From the NCBI RefSeq assembly GCF_004010195.1, contig NC_057736.1, forward strand, positions 13,388,123 to 13,452,122: a stretch of DNA of 64,000 nucleotides. The letters are read 5' to 3'. A program made the translations under genes and the position numbers. Shown piece by piece: positions 12,901 to 23,789 of the stretch. The notes beneath the pieces are model-generated. The model made no database searches. It was not told the DNA's origin and worked only from the letters and a program-made list of their open reading frames with translations. This DNA comes from Chiloscyllium plagiosum. Taxonomy: Eukaryota. The first letter of the stretch is position 1; each line of letters opens with the position of its first letter.

Positions 12901-13012
12901 GAATAAAGGCAGAGAGACTGAAGCGTGGAGAGATAAGCTAGAGGAGGGTGCGGGTGGGGATAGAGTAGCATAGAGTACAATAGGGCGGTGGGGGAGGAGA
13001 TGAAGGTGATAG

Positions 13013-13419
13013 NNNNNNNNNNNNNNNNNNNNNNNNNNNNNNNNNNNNNNNNNNNNNNNNNNNNNNNNNNNNNNNNNNNNNNNNNNNNNNNNNNNNNNNN
13101 NNNNNNNNNNNNNNNNNNNNNNNNNNNNNNNNNNNNNNNNNNNNNNNNNNNNNNNNNNNNNNNNNNNNNNNNNNNNNNNNNNNNNNNNNNNNNNNNNNNN
13201 NNNNNNNNNNNNNNNNNNNNNNNNNNNNNNNNNNNNNNNNNNNNNNNNNNNNNNNNNNNNNNNNNNNNNNNNNNNNNNNNNNNNNNNNNNNNNNNNNNNN
13301 NNNNNNNNNNNNNNNNNNNNNNNNNNNNNNNNNNNNNNNNNNNNNNNNNNNNNNNNNNNNNNNNNNNNNNNNNNNNNNNNNNNNNNNNNNNNNNNNNNNN
13401 NNNNNNNNNNNNNNNNNNN
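13013..13419. other. Assembly gap (N run)
   Basis: Run of n. Confidence 1.
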
Positions 13420-13756
13420 TCTTTGCGGAAGGCTGAGAGGGGTGGGGAGGGAAATATATCCCTGGTGGTGGGGTCTGTTTGGAGGTGGCGGAAATGTCGG
13501 TGGATGATTTGGTTTATGCGAAGGTTGGTAGGATGGAAGGTGAGCACCAGGAACGTTTTGTCCTTGTTGCGGTTGGAGGGGTTTGGTCTGAGGGCGGAGG
13601 TGCGGGATGTGGATGAGATGCGTTGGAGGGCATCTTTAACCACGTGGGAAGGGAAATTGCGGTCTCTAAAGAAGGAGGCCATCTGGTGTGTTCTATGGTG
13701 GAACTGCTCCTCCTGGGAGCAGATACGGCGGAGGCGAAGGAATTGGGAATAGACAA

Positions 13757-14093
13757 GCGGCACAGTGGCTCAGTGATTAGCACTGCCACCTCACAGCGCC
13801 AGGGACCCAGATTCAATTCCAGCCTTGCGTGACTATGTGGAGTTTGTACATTCTCCCCATGTCTGCATGGGTTTCCCCAAGATTTCCTCCAACAGTCCAA
13901 AGGATGCACAGTTTAGGTGGATTTGCCATTCTAAAATTGTCTATGGTGTCCAGGGGTATATAGACTAGGGTGATTAGTCAGGGAAATGCAGGGTTACAGG
14001 CATAGTGTAGAGGGTGGGTATGGGTGGGATATTCTTTGGAAGGGTTGGTGTGGACTTAGCCCACTTCTGTACTGTAAGGATTTGATTATTCTA
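13757..14093 (+). mobile_element. tRNA-derived SINE (HE1-like)
   Basis: A box tggctcagtgatt, B box gattcaattcc, CR1-like 3' tail; homologous to the other SINE copies. Confidence 0.85.
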
Positions 14094-15352
14094 CTTTAAC
14101 TATCCCAATATGAACTGGGTTTCAAAAAATATAAGGGGCATTAAGGGTGAAAAAGTCATGTACTCAATCCAGGATTTTTTTTTAACAATATGTGACAAGC
14201 CCAAATGGAGGAAATGCCATTCTTGATCTATTTTGGGAAATGAAGAAAGGCCAGTGAGTAAAGTGATAGTGGGTGACCATATTGGTTAGATTTAGTATTA
14301 TTATGGAAAATTACAAAGATAAATCAGAAGTAAAAATTTTTAACTGAGGGAAGGCAAATTTTATAAAATATGACTCTATGAGAAGGATTTGGCTGAGGTG
14401 GACTGGACAGAACTGTTGAAGGCTAAGTCAGTAGTAAGCCAGTGGGAGACATCAGAAAGTCAGATCCTTGGGTCAAAGCAGACATGTCCTCTCCAAAAAT
14501 AAGGAAGATACTGTCAAATCTATACCCCCATCATTGTCTAGGAAAATGCAGGGATGATTAAACCTAAAAACAGAGCTTATGATAGTCACAAAAAAACTCA
14601 TTACCACAGATAGCCTAGAAGAGTACAGAAAGTACAGTGATCAAGTAAAAACATGAAATAAGGAAATCAAAGAGAGGGCATGAAAAATATTAGCAAGCAA
14701 GATGAATGAAAACCCAAAGACATTTTACCATTTTATAAACTAAAAGGATAGGTAAGAAAAAAAGTGGGACCTATCAAAGATGAAGAAGGGAACTTGTGTG
14801 AAGATGCGGAGAATATGGGAAGCCTGGCTAGTCAGCACTTGGAATACTATGTGCAGTTTTAGTCTTCTTGCCTCAGGAAAGATATGATTGCTGTAGAGGA
14901 AGTGGAACAAAGGTTCACCCGACCTGTTCCCAGGATGATACGACTGTCTTGTGAAGAGACATGGGCAAACTGGCCCTGTATTCTCTGCAGTTTCAAAGAA
15001 TGAAAGGCAATCTAATTGAAACCTAGAAAATATTTAAAAGGATATACAGGGTAGATGCAAATGAGATTTCTCCTTGGATGGTGAGTTTAGAGCATGGGGC
15101 ACAATTTAAAAATAAGGGGATGTATTTAGAATTAAGATAAGGAAACTTTTTTTACTCAGAGGATTGTGAATCTTTGGAATTCTCGACCTCATAGGGCTGT
15201 GGAAGCTCAGTCTTTGAGGATATTTAAAGTAGAAGTTGTGAAAGTGGAGATGGAGCCTAAAGAGAGAGAGAGAGAAATATGAAAGGGGAGACTATGGATA
15301 GCAAGCTAGGACAGAAGAAAAGCTAAATAAGTGATAATAAAAGTTAAGAGTA

Positions 15353-15674
15353 TGGAATCACAGAATCCCTACAGTGTGGAAAGAGGCCATTCTGCCCAGC
15401 AAGTCCACACTGACCCTCTGAAGAGCATCCCACTCAGACCTTGTCCCCTACCCGCGTAACCCTGCATTTCCCATGGCTAATTCACCTTAACCTGCTCATC
15501 ACTAGACACTACAGACAATTTAGCATGGTCAATCCTGCACTTTTGGACATTGGGAGTACATCAGAACAGCCAGTGAAAAATCATTCAGACACAGAGAACA
15601 TGCAAACTCCACAAGGCTGGAATCAAACCCGGGCCCCTGAAGTTGTGAGGCAATAATGCTAATCACTGTGCCGC
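15353..15674 (-). mobile_element. tRNA-derived SINE (HE1-like)
   Basis: Reverse complement homologue of 13757-14093. Confidence 0.85.
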
Positions 15675-15824
15675 TATACTGCCCAAAGTAGGAGTAGGAG
15701 AAAATGTGTGAGCTGTAATGAATGCAATCTGTGTAATGTGATAACAGGCGTAGGACTTCCTGCAAATGGGTTACTGTGCTAAAAGCACAGGATTGGGTGT
15801 GGTGTGGGTAAAAACATGGGAGAC

Positions 15825-16590
15825 TAGAATCAGGCTCTAAATTTAGTGAACTTCATGTTGAGTACTAGAGGCTCAAGAATCCCCAAGCAGAAAATTAGAC
15901 TTTGTTCCTTAAGCTTGCACTGAGACTCACTGGAATACTGCAGCAGATCTGCACCAGAAACATTGGCCAGGGAGCATGGCGGTGTGTTGAAGTGGCAAGC
16001 AACTGGAGGCACAAGGTCATTTTTGCAGATAGAATGTAGGAATTTTGCAAAGCAGTCACCTGCTTCATCTCCCCACTCTACAGGAGACAACATTGTGAAC
16101 AGTGAATGCAGAAGATTAGATTGAATAAAGTACAGGTAAATTGCTGTTTCACCTGGGAGGTATGTCTAGGGCACTGTATTTTGAGGAGATGGGAGGTCAA
16201 AAGGCAGGTAAAGCACTTCTGCGATTGTCTGAGATGTTGGGAATGGAGGAGTAGACCAGTGTGTCCCAGAGTGAACAGTCTCTGCAAGGGAGAATACTGA
16301 TAAGGGAGGCGATGGATATGGTGGCTTACAGTCGTTTGGATGTGGTGGCTGGTGGGCTGATAAATGAAGACTGGGGACTCTATCATTGTTGTGGGAGAGA
16401 AGGGAAGGGAAAGGGTGAGGGCAGAAGTGCAAGAGATGGGTCAAACACAGCTAAGGGCCCTGTCAACCATGGTGGCAGGAATCCTTGGTGAGGAAAAATA
16501 TGAACATTTCTGAGGCCCATCCCCCTTCACGGAAGGTGAGATCCTAAGAAAAGGTGGGACAGAGATGGAGAAACTGGGAGAATAGGAATT
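15825..16590 (-). mobile_element. Old Penelope-like fragment (GIY-YIG region)
   Basis: FTCTLFNLIFCIHCSQC, PVACHFN and LIFCLGILEP resemble ORF 4807-5556. Confidence 0.75.
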
Positions 16591-17039
16591 TCTAAGTTTA
16601 TTTTAAACTGATGTTACCCTCTACTACTCAAATGTATAGCCTTTACATAATTTTTCGGATTACTGTAAAAAGTTTTTGAAATAAAATGGGAAACTGACTA
16701 TTTTTATTGTGTCCGAGTTTGCCTTGACCCACCCCCGGGTTACCTAGGTAGCATCTAGGGGATTTATTCCTGAGAACATTATTAACTGTAACGAAGTTTA
16801 ACAGAAAATGAGCAGAACAAAGGGTTCTCTGAGGCTCCTGCAGTCTGTTAGAGAGGTAATTCAAACATTCAATCAGGTGGAAAAAAACACAAGCAGCTTA
16901 TAAATTAATATGGCAATTAGTGTGAAGCAACAGACAAGCAGAATAAATGGAAAGTACACATTTAATAAGTTGATGCTGAATTTTTAACGCAACATCTTCT
17001 TGCTCCTGAAGCAACTACCAGAGGGAAGAAAGTTGACAA

Positions 17040-17372
17040 CTGTGGGAACCGCGCCTGCGCAACCACATTTCGTTCCCCCCCCAACTACCATGACTGCACT
17101 TGCGCACCCAGTCTTCCAACTGCAATGACTGCGCATGAGTCCTTCGCCTCACCACGACTGCGCCTGCGCATCCGCCACCGGTCTCACCACTACTATGACT
17201 GCGCCTGCGTACCCACTGCCCATCTCTCCGCCACAATGACAGCGCTCCCATTTCGCTCCGCACTGAGTCGGCGCGAGGAGCCGGGAGGTAGCGCGAGAGG
17301 AAGCAGCAGAAGTGGCGCGTGCGGAGCGGCGTTGGTTCCGGCGTTTCAAAACGAACCGACATCAATCAAAAC
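17040..17372 (+). promoter_or_regulatory. AK2 CpG-island promoter/5'UTR with clustered NRF1-like motifs
   Basis: CpG-rich; GCGCCTGCGCA-type motifs within units starting at 17051, 17090, 17125, 17154, 17195, directly upstream of the ATG. Confidence 0.8.
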
Positions 17373-17471
17373 ATGAGTCCAGGAGCTGGCAAGGAACCGA
17401 GAGCGAGTCATGTCCAGAAAGGGATCAAGGCCATTCTGCTGGGGCCACCCGGGGCAGGGAAAGGCACACAG
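17373..17471 (+). CDS. AK2: Adenylate kinase 2, coding exon 1
   Basis: MSPGAGKEPRASHVQKGIKAILLGPPGAGKGTQ (P-loop); donor gtgagg at 17472. Confidence 0.96.
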
Positions 17472-18499
17472 GTGAGGGGAATTGTGTCGACTGAGGGACG
17501 AGGGGGTCAAGGCATTGGGGAAACAAAAAACGCAGAGCCTGATGAAAAGAAAGGGTTAGGGAGATGTGGAGGGAGGAATGGCTGCAGAGTGAAAAATAGG
17601 TCATTAGGCTGAATACCGGAATGATTGATTGAGATCATTTTTCCAAAAAAAAGTAGTTTAATTGTAAAGATTTGTACAGGTATGTTGCATAATGGTTCAA
17701 AATTCAGCATATTGAAAGTATATAGTTCTTTCTATATAGCCTATGGCACTTTCAATACAAGAGACATTTGTACATCCCATCGCAATCTACAGCATGAGGC
17801 GTTTTACAGTTTCCAGCAGTTATAATCCTTAGGCCTTTCGCCATATTTATGCAAATATAAACTGTCTGCTTTAACATAAATGCAGATTATACAAACAAAA
17901 TGTTTTTCATAAAGTACTTTTAAGTTAATTAAGTTGATCATATCCCAGTTTCATTGCCAGAATGGTATGTAACTTACATGTTGGTAGAGGAGGGAGAATG
18001 CAGTTCTTCTAGCTCCATCGTGGAACATCCATTCATGTGTATCCTAAATTTTAAATTTGGATAAGAAGGACCCTTTTAATTGATTAGATGGCCCATTTAA
18101 TATTTTTACAATAATAAAAGCATATTTTTCTACTTCAGATTTCTAAATTACTATATTATTTCCCAATTTTCACTGTAAATTGGGATTCCATTTACTAAAA
18201 TGGCCTTCATGAAAAATTTTTTTGTAGTGTTCAAGCATTCAATAAAGTTCTTAAATTATAGGATTCCTGAATCTTAGATTGAAACTTATGTAGGCAAATT
18301 TAAGATTTGTAAAGTTAAAGTTTAAAAAGTAAAATCTTTTAAGCTAAAGTGAGATCTGACCAACTTAATTGCATCATGGTACTTTAAAAATTATGTCTGT
18401 ATCAATCTGAATTTATGCTAGTCAGAAAGGACAATTTATGTTTTTATGCTTGATGAGGAAAGGCCCAAGGATTTTGACTACTGAAAAATGAATTGTTTT

Positions 18500-18960
18500 T
18501 TCATCAGCCACACCTAGATTGGCTAAATCTTCCTTTTTTGAACATGTGGAGGCATCTCGAACTTGGGCACATAGTTACAGAATAAGTGAACACTCATTTT
18601 TAAACGGAACTATGAAGGACTTTCTTCTCCCAAAGGGTGGTGAATGTTTAGAATTCTCAATGCCAACACTAGATGTTAGCCTGAAATGTTGTGGAGTTGG
18701 ATCATTGAAGAGAAGGTAGATTTTGAAATATCAGGGAATTGACAGCTATGCTAAACTCGATAAAATGTGGCGCTGCTGCCCGAAATATTGACTCTCCTCC
18801 TCGAATGCTGCCTGATCTGCTGTGCTTTTCTCCAGTGCCATATTTTATCGACTCCAGCATCTGCAGTCTTCACTATCTCCTAGCTATGCTGAGCTAGCGT
18901 GAAAGAGAAGTTGAGGCCTGGAGCCATGGTCTTGTTGAATGGTGGATGCATGTTTGAGAA
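18500..18960 (+). mobile_element. CR1 3' fragment containing a mini PLE insertion at 18753-18881
   Basis: CR1 3' end similarity; PLE arms tcgataaaatgtggcgctg / cagtgccatattttatcga; TSD agctatgct at 18744-18752 and 18882-18890. Confidence 0.75.
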
Positions 18961-19645
18961 ATTTCTATTTCTATTATTCTTAGACGAATAAGGGCCTCAC
19001 TTGGGCACCAGGTGGGCAATCCATATGCCACTGTCCAGCAGCTGGTAGATGTGAGGATGGTGAAAATATATTGGTATGCCACCTGTTTCCTTCCTATGTC
19101 ATTTTACCATCCATCCTACCTCCCAAGCTACTTTCAGAGGGCTAGTTTAAAATATTAGCCTACAGTTTTCATTGGAGCATCCATGCAATACATGCAGCTT
19201 CCTCTTTACAAGACTGAGGCTGGATATGGTTTGGAGCATGTGACTGCCCTGAAAGACCCCAAATTTCATGAGAAATTCACTTGAGGATATCCAATCAGAA
19301 AAAATTTTAATCCCAAAGATAGAATGGAAGGCAATGGTGAGACAACTGAGACAAAGAATTCCTTGCAAATGAATTTGTAATCTAAAAAGCTGTAACTTCA
19401 GGAGCTATCATACTGTGGTGGGGGAACACAGAAATCTTACTGTAATTAATACTGTAAATTGTCAAGTTTAAATCTGAGATCCAAGATGCTGTGAATAAGA
19501 TTGTAAGTGCCTGATTAAAATAACGCAACTTTGTACATATGCATTGGTTAAGCTACAGCTAATGTGTTTCCAATCTGTGGAAGTTGTGCTTAAGCTAATG
19601 GGTTTTCACTTGTAGATGTGTCAGTTATTTAAAAAAAAAATCACC

Positions 19646-20318
19646 TGTCACAGCTAAAATGGGATAAGTGCCCTGATAATCATGTCCCACTGTTCAAGCC
19701 ATCACAAACGTATAAAATCCCAATGAAGCGACCAAAATTATCAATTTGTCTGACTGCTTTTGTCCTGAGTAGCAATTAACCACATTTCTTCAATAACACA
19801 AAAAAATTCATTTATTGTTTACTTAGCAAGAACAGTGAAAAAACATTTTTAATTTATGCAAACTTAAACTGTACTCTTTCAAAAACACAATTACAATTAG
19901 GAAACAGAAGGTAGACAGTGTAACACACACTATGGGTAGGAAAAGAATATGGGCAGGGTAAACAAAATTCAAAAGATCAAAAGTCCAGATCACAAAGTGC
20001 GTCAGTTATTTTTCTTTTAGTCGTTTTGATATTTGCAATGATGACACACTTGTCAGTTTTCGATTTGTTGGTCACTTGTGGAGGGGGATGGGTAGAGAGA
20101 GAGAGAGATTGATGCTTTCTATCTCGAGGTTTCTGAATGTCTCTTCTGCTCTGCTGCTCTTGGCACTAAACAGTATTTTAACACTTTGACGTTCAACCAG
20201 ACAACTGCTGTCATGTAGAATTCTCCATCATTCACATAACTCTATATGTGAACCTCACCAATTGGGTTTCTGCAGTGCCAAAGTGCTGCAATGACTCTTG
20301 TTAAAGTCACAAGTGACA
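19646..20318 (-). mobile_element. Possible old solo LTR
   Basis: TGTCAC...GTGACA termini, about 670 bp, minus-strand AATAAA near 19811; no TSD seen. Confidence 0.35.
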
Positions 20319-21137
20319 TTTTGCTTCCATTTTCATAATATTACCCATTTTCACTACAGCCTCCTCCCACTTGCTGTTGCAACCATCATCCTTTCGCAGC
20401 TTCAACTATTTTGATGTTCTCCTGGCTGTCCTCCAATCTTGAGCAAGCCTACTATGCTGCTGTCCTTATCTGAAGTTGCATTAAACCTGCTTCTGACCAT
20501 GGACTCACATCAACATGTGTTCCAGGAAAGCTTCAGTTTCACATACTTTATCCTTTTGTTCAGATCTCTCCACGGTCTTAACATGTAATCTCTTGCAACC
20601 TTGCGTGCTTTCTCAATTTCTTTTGCATCATCACCTTTGCCTGCCTCATCCGAAAACTATGAAGTTCCCAATCAAATATTTCCTGCTTCTCCATCTCTTT
20701 CCTTTAAAGAATTCTTAAAACCTAACTCTTTGACAAAGATGTTAGTTACTTGTCTCTGTGTGGCTTGGTGTAAAATATTGATTTGGTATAACAACTGTGA
20801 AATGTCAAGAGATATTTTTTGTTATGTAAACGGCACTATATAAATTCAAGTTTTTGATGGACTACAGTTTACATAGATAGCAAGGTTTCTTAGTTGCACA
20901 GGTGTTTTCAGGGTCTCTGCATGTTGATTAGTGCCAGAATTTCAGAAGTTGCGACTAGAACTTCAGAGGCCCATGCACGAACTTCGGAGGCCCGTGCAGA
21001 AGAGAAAAGATTTAGAGGGAACGTAGCTCAGAGGCATAATGTAATGCATTCAATGTCCTAAATTACTCTGAAGTAATTTTGTGGTGTTTCCTAATTATAT
21101 ATAGAGATACCTTAATTACTCTCTCTTCCTCCTTTAG

Positions 21138-21263
21138 GCTCAAAGGCTTGCAGACCACTACAATGTCTGTCACTTAGCAACAGGTGACATGCTACGAGCA
21201 ATGGTGGCATCAGGATCAGAATTAGGTCTGAAGTTGAAGAAGACAATGGATGAGGGCCAACTT
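21138..21263 (+). CDS. AK2: Adenylate kinase 2, coding exon 2
   Basis: [42 protein letters not shown]; tttag acceptor, gtaagt donor. Confidence 0.97.
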
Positions 21264-21659
21264 GTAAGTGGTGTATAATAAATTGATTAACTTTGTTAAC
21301 TATACTAAATGCTAATACTTTTAGTTTGTGTTCTAAAATTATGTTTGACTTCTAAATGCAATTTAAACTCGTTTATTTCCTGGTATCAAAGTGGTGACGA
21401 AACAGCTTAGTGTAAAACCTTATTAATAAAGACCATAAAGCTCTGTCCTTAATATTTCCTTGACTGAATTAGGTGATTTAGCCAAGGAAGAGATGGACAG
21501 TGGAGATGCAGTGGCAAAAATATCTCTGGGCAAAGGCAAAGATAAAAAACTCCCCACAGTTGCTACACCTTATGTTAATTTTATGAGGACTCAGTTGAGC
21601 TCATGTGATGTACTCTAAAACTGATTGTCAGTTTTGTTATGCATAGAAAATGATCACCG

Positions 21660-21790
21660 TTGGGCTGTTGTGGTAGTTGTATCCCTATGAGCTAGGTGGG
21701 CCTGGGTTCAAGTCCCTCCTGTTACAGAGCTTTGTCATTACACCTCTCTGAACATGTTGATTATAAAATAGATATTATAAAAATCAAAAT
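21660..21790 (+). mobile_element. Short tRNA-derived SINE, related to 63780-63895
   Basis: B-box-like ggttcaagtccc and shared downstream sequence. Confidence 0.55.
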
Positions 21791-23443
21791 AGTCACTGGA
21801 ATGAGTTACCAAAGGGTGCCTGGCACTCAAGATTAGTTCACAGTATTTCATTCTGTTAATCCATGAGGAGACACTAGGTTGTATTTAAAACAAATCATCT
21901 AACAGAAGTATCGTTTTTTAAGTAAAGGAACAAAGCGAACAAATTCTGTATTGTTAAAAGACATAGCAATGTTATTAGATAATATTATACTTTGTAACCA
22001 CTAGCTATTCAAGTTCCCCTGAGCCCACTGGTTGTGGACGTTCTTGAATATATACCAGTAAACATTCTATGCTCCTCCGCTGCTGCCCAGATGTAGATCA
22101 AGTCACAAAAGAGGGGCAGATACCAAATCATTCTTCTACATTGTGAAATGTGCTTAGAGAAGCCAATTTAAATTTTATTGAACCTTTCTTTTTCTGCATG
22201 ATAGTTTACATTTTCAAGATTTGTGCGTGTGTGTATATTGTATAGTGTGTGTGTGATCTACTGTGTACATTGTGCAAGTCATTTCTGCACACAATCATGT
22301 TACATACATTTTGTGTTGCAAATGTCCTTGATAGTTTTTGCTATTTTTCCTTCTTGAAGATTTGGCCATTTTTTTAGTTCATGGAAACAGGACACCTTTC
22401 AGTACTGTAACGAAATAAGTATCAATATGTGCAAGTTTTAATACCATTGCAGCACTCTCCCTCCTAATAGAGCCAACTTACAAATAGTTTATCCCAAAAT
22501 GTTTTATTTTTGTCTTAGCTGTGATAGTCATACTGTCAGTTTTATATCTACCCATTCCAGTTCTCAATTCTCCTGACTGTCAATAAGTATTGGCAATTTT
22601 AGATTCATCCAATCGTACTTATTTTTATTTGTAAGCTGCACTATAACTTGTTACGGAGGTTTTGCAATGCAATAGCTTACACCCTATATCTGAGACAGCA
22701 GCTTTGTGTTTCAGTCCAACTTCAGGACATGATAGTTGCAGAAGATCAATCAGAAAATGACTGAACAGATTGATCATCAACCAAGTCCTTCCATTGTACC
22801 TATGGTATATCATAAGAGCAGGAGAGATTCCAGGACAGCCACATTGATGCAAAGTGGTGCCTCTCAAGCTATAACTTCGGAGTAGCAACCTATTCCAGAT
22901 GAACAAATGAGCAATGGAAACAAATGTAAGCTTGTGCTTTGTCAACCTCATGGGTTTCTATACGAGGGAAACCTTCCCAGTATAAGTACCTTGTTGTCCT
23001 AAGGTACTTGTTATCTATTTATCACTGTTAGGACCTTAGAGTGCAGCTTTTGTGACACTAGGCAAGTGTACTATAATACTGCAGTTCAATTGACATTAAC
23101 TCCATTCTATTACTGTACATATTTTTCAACAACAAAATTTTTCAACAACATAGTTAATTACTCGAAGATTTTTTTTGAAAAGTTCAAAATACCATTTTAT
23201 GTCTCCCTTCTATATACATTATCTACCTCTCTAGTTAGGGAAATCAGTGTGTGCACTTTTTAAGTATCTTTTTTGATTAAACGTTTGTGGTTGGGAAATT
23301 GTGGCAATCATGCTTTCTTTTAATCCCAAAGTTAAGATACTTTCTTCAACAGCTCTCCATTTTAGCTTATGGAATGTTAGAAGGCACTAGAGCTTATTTT
23401 ATAAAGTTTCATGTCTGTAATTAATTCTTGGTTATTTGTCCAG

Positions 23444-23554
23444 GTCAGTGATGAGATGGTGGTTGAACTGATTGATAAAAACTTGGACAGTGCAGCCTGC
23501 AAAAATGGATTTCTGTTGGACGGATTCCCTCGCACTGTGAATCAGGCACAGATG
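23444..23554 (+). CDS. AK2: Adenylate kinase 2, coding exon 3
   Basis: [37 protein letters not shown] (FLLDGFPR signature); ccag / gtaggt. Confidence 0.97.
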
Positions 23555-23789
23555 GTAGGTTAAGCTTTATTAAAATTGTTTGACAGAGTGGAACATGGCC
23601 TTGTAGCATCATCAAAAAGCACTGCAATAAAGATATCCAGTTAAATTTGATTCAACTTGACGGTTTTATGAGAAATGTGCAGAGATTTAGTTTATTGCTG
23701 TCTTCTTATTTTGAGTTAATGTTGCTTTAGTTCCAAAGAATGTAGGAAATACAACTAAAATTCTTACAAAAAATATAATTAAGAGTTTA

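Larger units (their letters stand above)
12775..13752 (-). mobile_element. Penelope-like element fragment spanning an assembly gap
   Basis: YSQFLRLRRICSQEEQF motif; tail nearly identical to 46736-46975. Confidence 0.85.
12440..15235 (+). mobile_element. Old degenerate CR1 LINE interrupted by a PLE and a SINE
   Basis: Endonuclease-like fragments at 12460-12770 and from 14090; 3' region tttttactcagaggattgtgaatctttggaat at about 15150. Confidence 0.65.

Noticed and set aside
12897-13763. Long ORFs crossing the N run (also 34586-35453)
   Set aside because: Length is an artefact of translated gaps
13757-13830. tRNA gene-like heads (also 21660, 26889, 28030, 63780)
   Set aside because: No intact cloverleaf, and they continue into SINE body sequence
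17319-17612. 97-aa ORF as a standalone gene or N-terminally extended AK2
   Set aside because: Starts at GTG; only 17373-17471 matches AK2 and the rest is intron read-through
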